A DNA stretch of 64,000 bases from Bacteroidota bacterium (GTDB lineage Bacteria; Bacteroidota; Ignavibacteria; UBA10030; UBA6906), in the NCBI GenBank assembly GCA_019637975.1, contig JAHBUR010000001.1, positions 14,444-78,443 of the forward strand. Direction: 5' to 3'. Below are positions 28,618-37,547 of this stretch, one piece after another. Positions within the stretch are counted from its first letter, which is position 1, and the number at the start of each line of letters is the position of its first letter. Made by a program: the position numbers and the translations under genes. The notes under the pieces are model-generated. The model was not told where the DNA came from. It saw nothing but the letters and a program-made list of their open reading frames with translations, and did not search any database.

Positions 28618-29763
28618 ATGAAGAAACAAGGATTTTCCACCAAGGCGATTCACGCCGGCCAACCGGCCGAACCTGTAACCGGCGCCATTATGACACCGGT
28701 TTTCCTCACCTCCACCTACGTACAGGAAGAACTTGGCAAGCATAAAGGCTACGAATACTCCCGCGTTTCGAACCCGACACGGACGGCCCTTGAGCAAAAC
28801 ATTGCAGCGCTGGAAAACGGAAAACACGGATTGGCATTCGGCTCGGGAACGGTAGCGGTCGATGCCATCATGCATCTCCTCAAACCCGGCGATCACGTCA
28901 TACTCTCGTGGAATGTGTACGGTGGAACGTATCGCATTGCCAAGATGGTGTGGGAGGATTTCGGCTTGCAGTTCGATTTTGTGGATACAACAAATCTACA
29001 AAACGTCGAACGTGTTATCCGCCCCAACACGAAAATGTTGTTCATCGAAACGCCCACAAATCCCACGATGGAAATTACCGATCTGGCGGGAGCGGTGGAA
29101 ATTGCCAAAAAGTTCAAACTGATTTCGGTAGTGGATAATACATTCGCCACCCCTTACCTCCAACAGCCGATGGACTACGGATTCGACATGGTTGTTCACA
29201 GCCTGACAAAGTATCTGAACGGCCACAGCGACATGTTAGGCGGATTCATTGTTACAAACAACGACATGTACAATGAGAGACTCCGCTTTTTGCAGAAGGC
29301 GGTCGGGGGAATCCTGAGTCCGTTTGATGCCTGGCTCTGTTTGCGTGGCACAAAGACCCTTGCGGTCCGCATGAAACAACACTGCGAAAGCGCAATGAAG
29401 GTAGCACAATGGCTGACAACTCAGAAGAAAGTGCAAAAAGTGTATTATCCCGGACTTGACAATCATCCGCAGCATGAACTTGCAAAGAAGCAAATGCGAG
29501 GCTTCGGCGGCATGATTTCGTTCGAACTGGGGAATATTGAAACGGCGGGAGCCTTCTTGAAGAAAGTCCGACTTTGTGCTTTGGCAGAGAGTCTCGGAGG
29601 AGTGGAAACGATTATCACACACCCAGCGACCATGACACATGCGGCAATCCCCGCCGAGCAACGGGCACGCATTGGTGTAACAGAAGGACTCGTGCGCATC
29701 TCGGTAGGCATCGAGGATGTGGAGGATATTCTCGCCGACATGGACAATGCACTGAATCGTTGA
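28618..29763 (+). CDS. cystathionine gamma-lyase / Cys-Met-metabolism PLP enzyme
   Basis: FSTKAIHAG, YSRVSNPT, and HSLTKYLNGHSD (S-x-T-K PLP lysine). ATG 28618 is preceded by AAAGGA. The alternative GTG 28594 overlaps the CBS stop by 4 nt. Confidence 0.85.
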   Translation: MKKQGFSTKAIHAGQPAEPVTGAIMTPVFLTSTYVQEELGKHKGYEYSRVSNPTRTALEQNIAALENGKHGLAFGSGTVAVDAIMHLLKPGDHVILSWNVYGGTYRIAKMVWEDFGLQFDFVDTTNLQNVERVIRPNTKMLFIETPTNPTMEITDLAGAVEIAKKFKLISVVDNTFATPYLQQPMDYGFDMVVHSLTKYLNGHSDMLGGFIVTNNDMYNERLRFLQKAVGGILSPFDAWLCLRGTKTLAVRMKQHCESAMKVAQWLTTQKKVQKVYYPGLDNHPQHELAKKQMRGFGGMISFELGNIETAGAFLKKVRLCALAESLGGVETIITHPATMTHAAIPAEQRARIGVTEGLVRISVGIEDVEDILADMDNALNR

Positions 29764-29906
29764 CGGGTTACGGCGAGGAAAACTCCTCTCGAGAACGGGT
29801 GTTGCGGCAGCCATCCATTGTATTCATACTTGAATTTCACTATCTTTTTGCAGCATTGTAGCAGACCAATCATTTCGTATTCCTTTCAAATAGGCTCAAC
29901 CGAACG

Positions 29907-32417
29907 ATGAAAGCAGTGATCATGGCTGGAGGGTTCGGAACGCGACTGCGCCCGTTGACGTGTAACACTCCAAAGCCCATGGCGCCCGTTATGAACAAAC
30001 CGATGATGCACCACATCGTGGAGTTGCTGAAACATCACGGCATCTCGGAAATGATCTCCACCCTGTACTACTCCCCTGAAGCGATCACCAACTATTTTGG
30101 CGACGGGTCACGACTTGGCGTGAAGATGAGTTACGTGAAAGCCGAGGCCGACTACGGAACCGCCGGAAGCGTGCGCAATGCGACAAAGGGAATTGATGAA
30201 CGGATCCTCGTTATCAGCGGGGATGTGCTTACCGACTTTGACTTATCCGCTGCAATCCGGTATCACGAAGCCAAGAACGCAAAGGCCACGATCGTTCTCA
30301 CACATGCAACAAATCCGCTGGCGTTCGGCGTTGTCATCACGGCAGAAGACGGCAAGATCACCCGCTTTCTTGAAAAACCTTCTTGGGGAGAAGTCTTCAG
30401 CGATACCATCAACACCGGCATTTACATTCTTGAACCGGATGTAATGGAGTTGATCCCGTATCGTGAGGAATTTGATTTCAGCAAGAATCTTTTCCCGCAT
30501 CTCTTCCGCAACGACTTGGGATTGTACGGGTACATCGCGGAAGGATACTGGCGCGACATCGGAAACCTGAATGAGTATCAGGAAGCACATACTGACGCAC
30601 TGAACGGTATCGTCAATATCAATATCGAGGGAAAGAAGGAGGGCAACTTGCGGTATGGCGAGGGTTGTTCGTTCCAACGCGAGAAGCTTTCCATTACCGG
30701 ACACGTTGTGCTCGGCAAGAATGTTACGATCGGAGATGACGTCGCCCTCTCCAACTGCGTCATTGGCGACAACTGCGTCATCGGCCCGGGAGCCGTGCTT
30801 CGCAATACCGTGATTTGGAATGACGTCGTTGTCGGGCACAGTACGGAGCTTTCCACAGATGTTGTCTGCTCGCGCTGCTCTATCGGTGAAAAGGCCGTCA
30901 TCGCCGAGAACGTATTCATCGGCGATGCCTGCTGGATTGGAAGAAAAGCGCAGCTCTCATCCAATATCAAACTCTGGCCTGAGAAGGTCGTTGAAGAAGG
31001 CGCCATCCTCACACGCAGTCTTGTTTGGGAGGATAAATGGTTGCGCGAGTTGTTTGCCGATGCGCGAGTGACCGGACTTTCCAATATCGAGATGAATCCT
31101 GAATTCGGCGCGAAATTGGGCGCAGCGTACGGGGCATTTATCGGGGAAGGCAGAACAGCAGTTACGTGCCGTGATTCCGACAACGTATCCCGCATGATGA
31201 ACCGCGCGCTGATTTGCGGCTTGGTATCGGCGGGCGTTAACACAATGGACTTACGGGCAATGTCCATCCCCCTGCTGCGTCATGAATTGAGTACAGGCAA
31301 GGAGGCGGGCGGCATTCATGTCCGGCGGTCGCCGTTTGACAAAAATCTGACCGACATCATCTTCTTCGATGCAAACGGAAAGGACTTGCCTTCGGGAAAG
31401 ACGAAGAACATCGAACGCCTGTTTTTCGGAGAGGATTTCCCCCGTGCCACACGCGACAAAGTGGGAAGCATCTTCTTCCCCGAACGAACGACGGAATCGT
31501 ACCGGGAAAAGTTCATATCCTCCATCAACATGGATGCAATCAACAAGCGCAAGTTCAATATGGTGATCGATTATTCGAACGGCGTTGCTTCAACAATTTT
31601 CCCCATTATTCTGGGCTCATTTGATTGCCAGGTTATCGCGACCAACGCCCATCTCGATCCCAAACGGTTGACCCGCGATCAGTATGAATTCGACAACTCC
31701 ATCAGGCAACTCTCCCACATCGTCACCTCGTTGCGATATGACATCGGCTGCCTCATTGACGCCGGAGGCGAAAAGATCTTCCTCGTCAATGAAAACGGAG
31801 AGGCCATCCACACCGACCGGCTGCTGACGATTGTGACCGAGCTTTTTCTTCAAACAAATCCTGATGCAACCGCAATTGCGGTTCCCATCACGTCATCCGG
31901 GGATATCGACATCATTTGCGGCCAACGGAATGTCTCCGTGCTCAAAACCCGGAACAGCCACCTTGCTATGATGGAGGCGGCAACCACCAAGCAAGTGCAA
32001 TTTGTTGGTGGAAACAAAGGGGGCTTCATTTTCACGGACTTTTTTTTCGCAACGGACGCGATGTACTCCTTTGCGCGAATTCTCATGATGATGGCTATGA
32101 CCGGCAAGCGGTTGGGAGACATTGACGCTGCACTGCCGCGCATGTACATGTCGAGACGTAACGTCAATTGTTCGTGGGAGCACAAGGGAAGGGTGATGCG
32201 ACAGATTATGCGCGATTCGGAGGGCAAGCAACGTGATCTCGTGGATGGTGTAAAGGTACATTTGCAACACAACGGCCAGCGCGCTTCCGTGTTACTGTTG
32301 CCTGACAAGGAACGTCCCCTGTTTCATATCAATGCAGAGGCGCCGGACAAATCCGTTGCCGACGATCTGGCAAACCAATACGAGCGCAAGATTATTCACT
32401 GGCGCGACAAATCATAG
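29907..32417 (+). CDS. sugar-1-phosphate nucleotidyltransferase (GlmU/ManC-like, with LbH domain) fused to a phosphoglucomutase/phosphomannomutase-like domain
   Basis: N-terminus [18 protein letters not shown] (GGxGTRL). Hexapeptide-repeat region: [32 protein letters not shown]... The C-terminal ~460 aa are collinear with the four-domain PGM/PMM fold, but its loops are diverged (see findings). Confidence 0.85.
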   Translation: MKAVIMAGGFGTRLRPLTCNTPKPMAPVMNKPMMHHIVELLKHHGISEMISTLYYSPEAITNYFGDGSRLGVKMSYVKAEADYGTAGSVRNATKGIDERILVISGDVLTDFDLSAAIRYHEAKNAKATIVLTHATNPLAFGVVITAEDGKITRFLEKPSWGEVFSDTINTGIYILEPDVMELIPYREEFDFSKNLFPHLFRNDLGLYGYIAEGYWRDIGNLNEYQEAHTDALNGIVNINIEGKKEGNLRYGEGCSFQREKLSITGHVVLGKNVTIGDDVALSNCVIGDNCVIGPGAVLRNTVIWNDVVVGHSTELSTDVVCSRCSIGEKAVIAENVFIGDACWIGRKAQLSSNIKLWPEKVVEEGAILTRSLVWEDKWLRELFADARVTGLSNIEMNPEFGAKLGAAYGAFIGEGRTAVTCRDSDNVSRMMNRALICGLVSAGVNTMDLRAMSIPLLRHELSTGKEAGGIHVRRSPFDKNLTDIIFFDANGKDLPSGKTKNIERLFFGEDFPRATRDKVGSIFFPERTTESYREKFISSINMDAINKRKFNMVIDYSNGVASTIFPIILGSFDCQVIATNAHLDPKRLTRDQYEFDNSIRQLSHIVTSLRYDIGCLIDAGGEKIFLVNENGEAIHTDRLLTIVTELFLQTNPDATAIAVPITSSGDIDIICGQRNVSVLKTRNSHLAMMEAATTKQVQFVGGNKGGFIFTDFFFATDAMYSFARILMMMAMTGKRLGDIDAALPRMYMSRRNVNCSWEHKGRVMRQIMRDSEGKQRDLVDGVKVHLQHNGQRASVLLLPDKERPLFHINAEAPDKSVADDLANQYERKIIHWRDKS

Positions 32418-32432
32418 GAGCGACTACACGCA

Positions 32433-32903
32433 ATGAAGATTAGCGATCTCCTCACGGAGGATCTTGTTGTAACACAGCTTGAAGGCAACTCGAAGGACGA
32501 TATCATTAACAGCATCGTTGATCTCGTTGCAACATCACCGAAAGTTCTCGACAAAGAGAAAGTGCGTGAAGCTGTTTTCGAGCGCGAGCAAATCATGTCA
32601 ACCGGTGTCGGTGACGGGTTTGCCATCCCTCACGGAAAGACGGACGCCGTGTCAGACATAGCAGCGGCATTTGCCATAACCGCCGAGCCTATTGATTATG
32701 AATCGCTCGACGAAAAACCTGTGCGCCTTGTATTTTTACTGGTCAGCAAGGCGAACATGGTCGGACCTCATATCAAGTTGCTCAGCCGCATTTCACGCCT
32801 GATGAACAAGTCCGAGTTTCGGGAGAAGCTCCTTCATGTTTCCTCCCCGAAGGAAATCATCGAAATGTTCAAGCAGGAAGAGGCAACGTATTTTGAAGGA
32901 TAG
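32433..32903 (+). CDS. ptsN: PTS EIIA type-2 domain protein (PtsN / EIIA-Ntr-like)
   Basis: 156 aa. The phosphorylatable His is in GVGDGFAIPHGKT. AGGAG SD is present. No PTS permease gene is nearby. Confidence 0.7.
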   Translation: MKISDLLTEDLVVTQLEGNSKDDIINSIVDLVATSPKVLDKEKVREAVFEREQIMSTGVGDGFAIPHGKTDAVSDIAAAFAITAEPIDYESLDEKPVRLVFLLVSKANMVGPHIKLLSRISRLMNKSEFREKLLHVSSPKEIIEMFKQEEATYFEG

Positions 32904-32912
32904 CGCTGCAGG

Positions 32913-33317
32913 ATGACCAAGCAACGGGCACAGAAAGTACGCACAACTCCGGAACACGAATATCGCCTGACCATCGCCCCGCATTTCAATGCAGAACGGC
33001 AAGCCCGGACAGTACTTGTGACAATCGAAACGACCAGGAGGTTTGCCAGCTTTCGTTACGAGCTTGGAGTTCAGGAGAAACTCACAGGGAAAGAACTGCG
33101 ACTCACAATCGTAGGCTTGAAAGCCCCTCAATTGAGTCTTCCTGCATCGGGCACGGCACAGTTTGTTCGAGAGTATGACAATTTGAAGGGAACATATTCT
33201 GTCACCATCGCAAGCCTCGATGGTACGGAAACAACGTTTGTCGTCAAGTTCACAGCAAAGAACATCACACTTCTCAAATCCCCAAAACAATCAATCGTTG
33301 AGTTGGTCGTTTCATGA
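32913..33317 (+). CDS. hypothetical protein (134 aa, beta-rich, no signal peptide)
   Basis: It fits tightly: 9 nt after ptsN, and its stop overlaps the lgt start (ATGA at 33314-33317). No motif recognised. Confidence 0.55.
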   Translation: MTKQRAQKVRTTPEHEYRLTIAPHFNAERQARTVLVTIETTRRFASFRYELGVQEKLTGKELRLTIVGLKAPQLSLPASGTAQFVREYDNLKGTYSVTIASLDGTETTFVVKFTAKNITLLKSPKQSIVELVVS

Positions 33318-34138
33318 TTCCGATTCTGTTTGAAATAGGCCCCGTTAAGGTGTACAGTTACGGACTAATGCTGGGTATTGGATTTCTTCTCGGAAGCTAC
33401 ATTCTCTCCTTGGAATTCAAGCGCAAAGGTATCAACCCGAACTTCGCCAGCAATATTACCATCATAGCCTTGATCTTCGGCCTCGCCGGCGCAAAACTGT
33501 TGTACCTTATAGAAAACTGGAGCTCGTTCGTGCGGGCCCCGTTCGACATGATCTTTTCTGCTGGCGGATTGACGTGGTACGGTGGATTTATTGTCGGTAT
33601 GACTGCTATCGTCGTCTATGTTCGATCAAAGATGCTTCCCATCCTCAAAGTTGTCGATGGCCTCGGTGTAGCGCTCTTGCTTGCATACGGCGTTGCCCGT
33701 TTGGGTTGCCACTTGTCGGGAGACGGCGATTACGGCTTTCCTACCGATTTGCCGTGGGGTACGAATTACGAAAACGGCACGTATCCTCCTTCACGGGCAT
33801 TTTCCATTTTTCCCGAACTCACAAGCCAATACCCAAATGGCATCGTTCCCGACAACACTCCGTGTCACCCGACACCCGTGTACGAAATGCTCCTTGGTGT
33901 CGGCGGGTTTCTGTTGATGTGGTTGTACTTTAGAAAGAAGAACTATCCCGACGGAAAGCTCTTCGCCCTTTACCTTGTCCTGTCAAGTCTGTTCAGGTTC
34001 AGCGTGGAATTTCTACGCCTTAACCCTCGACTACTCTTCGGCTTGTCAGAGGCACAACTCATCAGCATCCCCTTGTTCCTTGGCGGCGTGATCTGGATTC
34101 TCGTACTGAACCGAAAACGTGAAGATGCGGATTCATGA
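33314..34138 (+). CDS. lgt: prolipoprotein diacylglyceryl transferase
   Basis: N-terminus EIGPVKVYSYGLMLGIGFLLG, then GGLTWYGGFIVG and ARLGCHLSGDGDYG. Polytopic membrane profile, 274 aa. Confidence 0.9.
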   Translation: MIPILFEIGPVKVYSYGLMLGIGFLLGSYILSLEFKRKGINPNFASNITIIALIFGLAGAKLLYLIENWSSFVRAPFDMIFSAGGLTWYGGFIVGMTAIVVYVRSKMLPILKVVDGLGVALLLAYGVARLGCHLSGDGDYGFPTDLPWGTNYENGTYPPSRAFSIFPELTSQYPNGIVPDNTPCHPTPVYEMLLGVGGFLLMWLYFRKKNYPDGKLFALYLVLSSLFRFSVEFLRLNPRLLFGLSEAQLISIPLFLGGVIWILVLNRKREDADS

Positions 34139-34437
34139 TACTCGTCGAACTATATTCCAAAGACGACTGCCCGCTCTGCGACGAGGCGATTGCTGTACTG
34201 GACAAAGTCCGTTCGGAAACACCCTTTACGCTCAAGGTTGTCAAACTCCTCCCGGGCGAAGAGAACTTTGATGAATTCAAGCACGATTTTCCCGTGCTTC
34301 ACATCAACAAGCGGTTTGCATTCAAGCACCGGCTGAATGAAACGACGCTGAAGATCCGCCTGCAACAGGTGGCCAACGAGGGCAAAAGCGTGGCACTTGA
34401 AGATGACGTTGATTTCGGGGATGTAAACCGCGGATGA
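34135..34437 (+). CDS. glutaredoxin-like thioredoxin-fold protein (DUF836-like)
   Basis: MILVELYSKDDCPLCDEAIAVLDKV with a CPLC redox motif. 100 aa. ATGA overlap with lgt. Confidence 0.7.
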   Translation: MILVELYSKDDCPLCDEAIAVLDKVRSETPFTLKVVKLLPGEENFDEFKHDFPVLHINKRFAFKHRLNETTLKIRLQQVANEGKSVALEDDVDFGDVNRG

Positions 34438-34625
34438 TGTACGTCGCCAAAGGATTGGAAGCGCTCGGCATTGCATGCCTGGGTCTGGGTCTCATCCTTG
34501 GGATCAACAGTCCGACGCTGTGGGTTGAGCTGTATCTCTTTCTTCTCGGTATTTTTGTCTTTTTCATAGGATGGGGAATCGAGAAGATCATTGCTCGAAG
34601 ACAGAAGGCAAAAAGTTCATCCTGA
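34434..34625 (+). CDS. small membrane protein (63 aa, two predicted TM helices), hypothetical
   Basis: ATGA overlap with the preceding gene. Two hydrophobic segments (LEALGIACLGLGLILGI, LYLFLLGIFVFFIGWGI) and a basic tail. Confidence 0.5.
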   Translation: MMYVAKGLEALGIACLGLGLILGINSPTLWVELYLFLLGIFVFFIGWGIEKIIARRQKAKSSS

Positions 34626-34637
34626 AGTTTCCACATC

Positions 34638-35384
34638 ATGCCTGAAACAATTGTCGGCAGGAATCCGGTCATTGAAGCGCTGAAGGCCGGACGTGCCATC
34701 GAACATATTTCTCTCCTTTCCGGCGTACACGGAAAACCCATTGAAGAAATCCGCACACTTGCCAAGTCCCGGAACATCCCCGTCACCGAAATGCACCGCC
34801 AGAAGTTCCGTGAACTTGCCGACGATCAAATGACGCAGGGCGTCATGGCCGTACTTCGTACGCCGCACAAGTATGTGAGTGTTGATTCATTTTTTGAGAT
34901 TGCCGCAGGACGAAACCAGCAACCGTTTCTGCTGATTCTCGACGAAATCGAAGACCCGCACAACCTTGGCGCGCTCATCCGTACCGCCGAGTGTGCCGGA
35001 GTGCATGGCGTGATTGTTCCGAAACATCACTCGGCTCCCGTTAGCTCGACTGTCGTCAAGACATCAGCAGGGGCAACAACACACATTGCCATCGCTGAAG
35101 TCACCAATATCGTGAACACTATTCGAGAGCTGAAGCAGGAGGGTTGCTGGATTGTCGGGTTGGATGGCACAGGCGACCGGTTGCACGATGCGGTTGACTA
35201 TAGATCGCCCATTGCAGTGGTTGTTGGGAATGAAGGGAAAGGAATACGGCGGCTAGTGAAGGAGCATTGTGATTTTGTAGTGAGAATCCCCCTTCTGGGA
35301 AAAATCGAATCACTCAACGCATCAGTCGCAGGTGCGGTGGCTATGTATGAGGTTGTGCGGCAGCGAACAAACAAGCAGAATTGA
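34638..35384 (+). CDS. rlmB: 23S rRNA (guanosine-2'-O)-methyltransferase, SpoU/TrmH family (RlmB-like)
   Basis: N-terminal substrate-binding domain (GRNPVIEAL). SPOUT motifs: LILDEIEDPHNLGALIRTAECAGVHGVIVP, VVGNEGKGI, IPLLGKIESLNASVA. Confidence 0.85.
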   Translation: MPETIVGRNPVIEALKAGRAIEHISLLSGVHGKPIEEIRTLAKSRNIPVTEMHRQKFRELADDQMTQGVMAVLRTPHKYVSVDSFFEIAAGRNQQPFLLILDEIEDPHNLGALIRTAECAGVHGVIVPKHHSAPVSSTVVKTSAGATTHIAIAEVTNIVNTIRELKQEGCWIVGLDGTGDRLHDAVDYRSPIAVVVGNEGKGIRRLVKEHCDFVVRIPLLGKIESLNASVAGAVAMYEVVRQRTNKQN

Positions 35385-35385
35385 T

Positions 35386-36390
35386 CTACTCTTCGGGTTC
35401 ATCCCCCCGCATCAATCCGAATTTTTTCATCTTGTTGTACAGATGGCTCCGCTGGATGTCGAGGGCTTCCGCCGTCTTGCTGATGTTCCACTTGTTTTCA
35501 TCCAACATCTTCTTGATGTATGCCGCCTCGGCCCTGTCCTTGAAATCCTGAAACGTCCCTCCAAGACTCAACAGATCATCAAACTCGGTTTTTGTGCCGG
35601 CAGCACCCTTCTCAATCTGTGCCGCCTCGATGGTATTCGAGGGAGTCATGATCACGAGACGTTCCACAATGTTGCGCAGTTCACGAACGTTGCCTGGCCA
35701 ATCCATCATCTTCAATTTATGCAGCGCTTCAATCGAAAACTTCTTCTGCCCCATGCCGTACCGGAGACAGATGTCTTCTGCAAACGATGTGGCCAGCAAA
35801 GGAATATCATCACGGCGTTCACGCAACGGCGGCACATGAATAGGAATGACATTCAGGCGATGAAACAAGTCCTCGCGAAAGCGACTTTGCTTGATTGCCT
35901 CCGCAATGTTCTTGTTCGTTGCCGCAATCACCCGAACATCAACGGCAATCTGTTTCGTGCCGCCCACACGTTCGATTCTCCCCTCTTCCAACGCCCGCAA
36001 AACTTTCGCCTGCGCATTCAGGCTCATGTCGCCAATTTCATCAAGGAAGATCGTGCCGGCATCCGCTTGTTCGAATTTCCCAATGCGCTGGTTCGTTGCC
36101 CCCGTAAATGCCCCTTTCTCGTGTCCGAAGAGTTCTGACTCAATCAGTTCGTTCGGTATTGCTGCACAGTTCACTTCAACGAGGGATTTTTCCTTCCGTT
36201 TACTCTGCCGGTGAATAGCCTTTGCGACGAGTTCTTTCCCCACGCCATTCTCCCCCGTAATCAAGACACGGGCATCCGTCGGCGCGACGCGTTCTATCAC
36301 CGTCAGCACATCTTTGATTTTCTGACTTTCGCCGAGAATGACGCTTTTCCCCTCGACCCTCTCTTTCATCAACTTGTTTTCAAGCAACAA
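35386..36390 (-). CDS. sigma54-dependent activator, AAA+ and HTH domains only (C-terminal part of a split NtrC-type gene)
   Basis: Walker A GENGVGKE, canonical GAFTGA, Walker B FLDEIG, R-finger region, and Fis-type HTH (WNISKTAEALDIQRSHLYNKMKKF). The ORF can only start at TTG 36390/36387 or ATG 36369. The frame is open upstream to the TAG at 36418-36420. Confidence 0.8.
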   Translation of the reverse strand: MLLENKLMKERVEGKSVILGESQKIKDVLTVIERVAPTDARVLITGENGVGKELVAKAIHRQSKRKEKSLVEVNCAAIPNELIESELFGHEKGAFTGATNQRIGKFEQADAGTIFLDEIGDMSLNAQAKVLRALEEGRIERVGGTKQIAVDVRVIAATNKNIAEAIKQSRFREDLFHRLNVIPIHVPPLRERRDDIPLLATSFAEDICLRYGMGQKKFSIEALHKLKMMDWPGNVRELRNIVERLVIMTPSNTIEAAQIEKGAAGTKTEFDDLLSLGGTFQDFKDRAEAAYIKKMLDENKWNISKTAEALDIQRSHLYNKMKKFGLMRGDEPEE

Positions 36391-36421
36391 CTGCTTTTTG
36401 TCAAGGGCGTTGCGCAGCTAA

Positions 36422-36757
36422 TCAACAGTTGCAAATATCTTTGTCAGAAGTTTGGAGGGAAATCGAAACTTGCATAAGGTGGGTTGCCTCGACAGCAGTT
36501 TCAATCGTGCCGTGACCGGAGATCATGACGACAGGCAGGTCGATTTCCGTTTCTTTGATCTTGCGAAGTACCTCAAGCCCGTCCATGCCGGCCATTTTGA
36601 TATCAAGCAGGACAAGGTCAAACTGCATAGCAGTAAGTCGCGACAATGCTGACATGCCATCTTCCGCAAAATGCACGTCGTACTTCGCGTATTGCAGAAT
36701 CATGCGGAGTGAATCGCGTATCGCTTTGTCATCATCAACAACGAGAATGGACTTCAT
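36422..36757 (-). CDS. response-regulator receiver domain (N-terminal part of the split NtrC-type gene; C-terminus out of frame)
   Basis: AGGAGGA SD and an ATG at 36757 that overlaps the upstream gene's stop (ATGA). MKSILVVDDD, LVLLDIKMAGMDG, VVMISGHG. After AVEATHL the sequence loses receiver character and stops. Confidence 0.75.
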   Translation of the reverse strand: MKSILVVDDDKAIRDSLRMILQYAKYDVHFAEDGMSALSRLTAMQFDLVLLDIKMAGMDGLEVLRKIKETEIDLPVVMISGHGTIETAVEATHLMQVSISLQTSDKDICNC

Positions 36758-37518
36758 CGATCCTCCTGAATGAGATCTAATGCGCCGCATGGCGGCACCG
36801 AAACCGAGTCACGCCCGGCAATCGAATAGCGTAAAAATGCCGAGGGAAGAACGTTCTTATCTTCCAACAATCTCAACCCGAATTCCTGTCCGTGCCGGTT
36901 CGCCCGGAAATCACGTTCATCCAATGCACCGTCAACAATGATCTTGTCTTCGCCCCATTCGATAAACGAGCCTATACGTTCAGCAACATCGCGTGATTCG
37001 AACGTGTATGCAAGAAACGCCGAGCCGAAAAAGTGCTGCAACTTGTCCCGGTCACCGGCAGCTCCTGCCGGCGAATCATCATAGAGTGTTTTCGGAAGGG
37101 CGCTCACCCGAGAGCGAAACTCCTCCTCGAACTCCGACGTCAGAGGAAACCAGAGCAACGGCCCGACAACCGGCAGCTTGACGCCAAATCTTCTGTGGTC
37201 CATTGTTGCTGCCAGCGAGATGAACAGCGCTTCGTACGCATTGTTCCAACTCAGCCTCATCGCTTTGTCGAAAATTGCGTCAACCGCGCTGAGGTCGCCA
37301 AATGACTTTTTGAACCCGGTAAACTCCTCGCTACGGATATATTCTTTCAGGTGATAGACGTCTTGTACAACTTTCGGCAACACAAACGGTGCAAAGAAAC
37401 TGATCAACTCGGGAATCTCGGCGCGTTCGTCAAACACCGGGGCCGCGGGTTGCGAGTATACAGATGCCGGAACAGCAAGCAACAATCCAACCAGCATAGA
37501 AAGCAAGAAACCGTTCAT
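36754..37518 (-). CDS. hypothetical secreted protein (254 aa)
   Basis: Signal peptide: MNGFLLSMLVGLLLAVPASVYSQ. No recognisable motif. Translationally coupled to the downstream receiver ORF. Confidence 0.65.
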   Translation of the reverse strand: MNGFLLSMLVGLLLAVPASVYSQPAAPVFDERAEIPELISFFAPFVLPKVVQDVYHLKEYIRSEEFTGFKKSFGDLSAVDAIFDKAMRLSWNNAYEALFISLAATMDHRRFGVKLPVVGPLLWFPLTSEFEEEFRSRVSALPKTLYDDSPAGAAGDRDKLQHFFGSAFLAYTFESRDVAERIGSFIEWGEDKIIVDGALDERDFRANRHGQEFGLRLLEDKNVLPSAFLRYSIAGRDSVSVPPCGALDLIQEDR

Positions 37519-37547
37519 CCTCAGCGCTCCAAAACTGTGCCGGTGGA

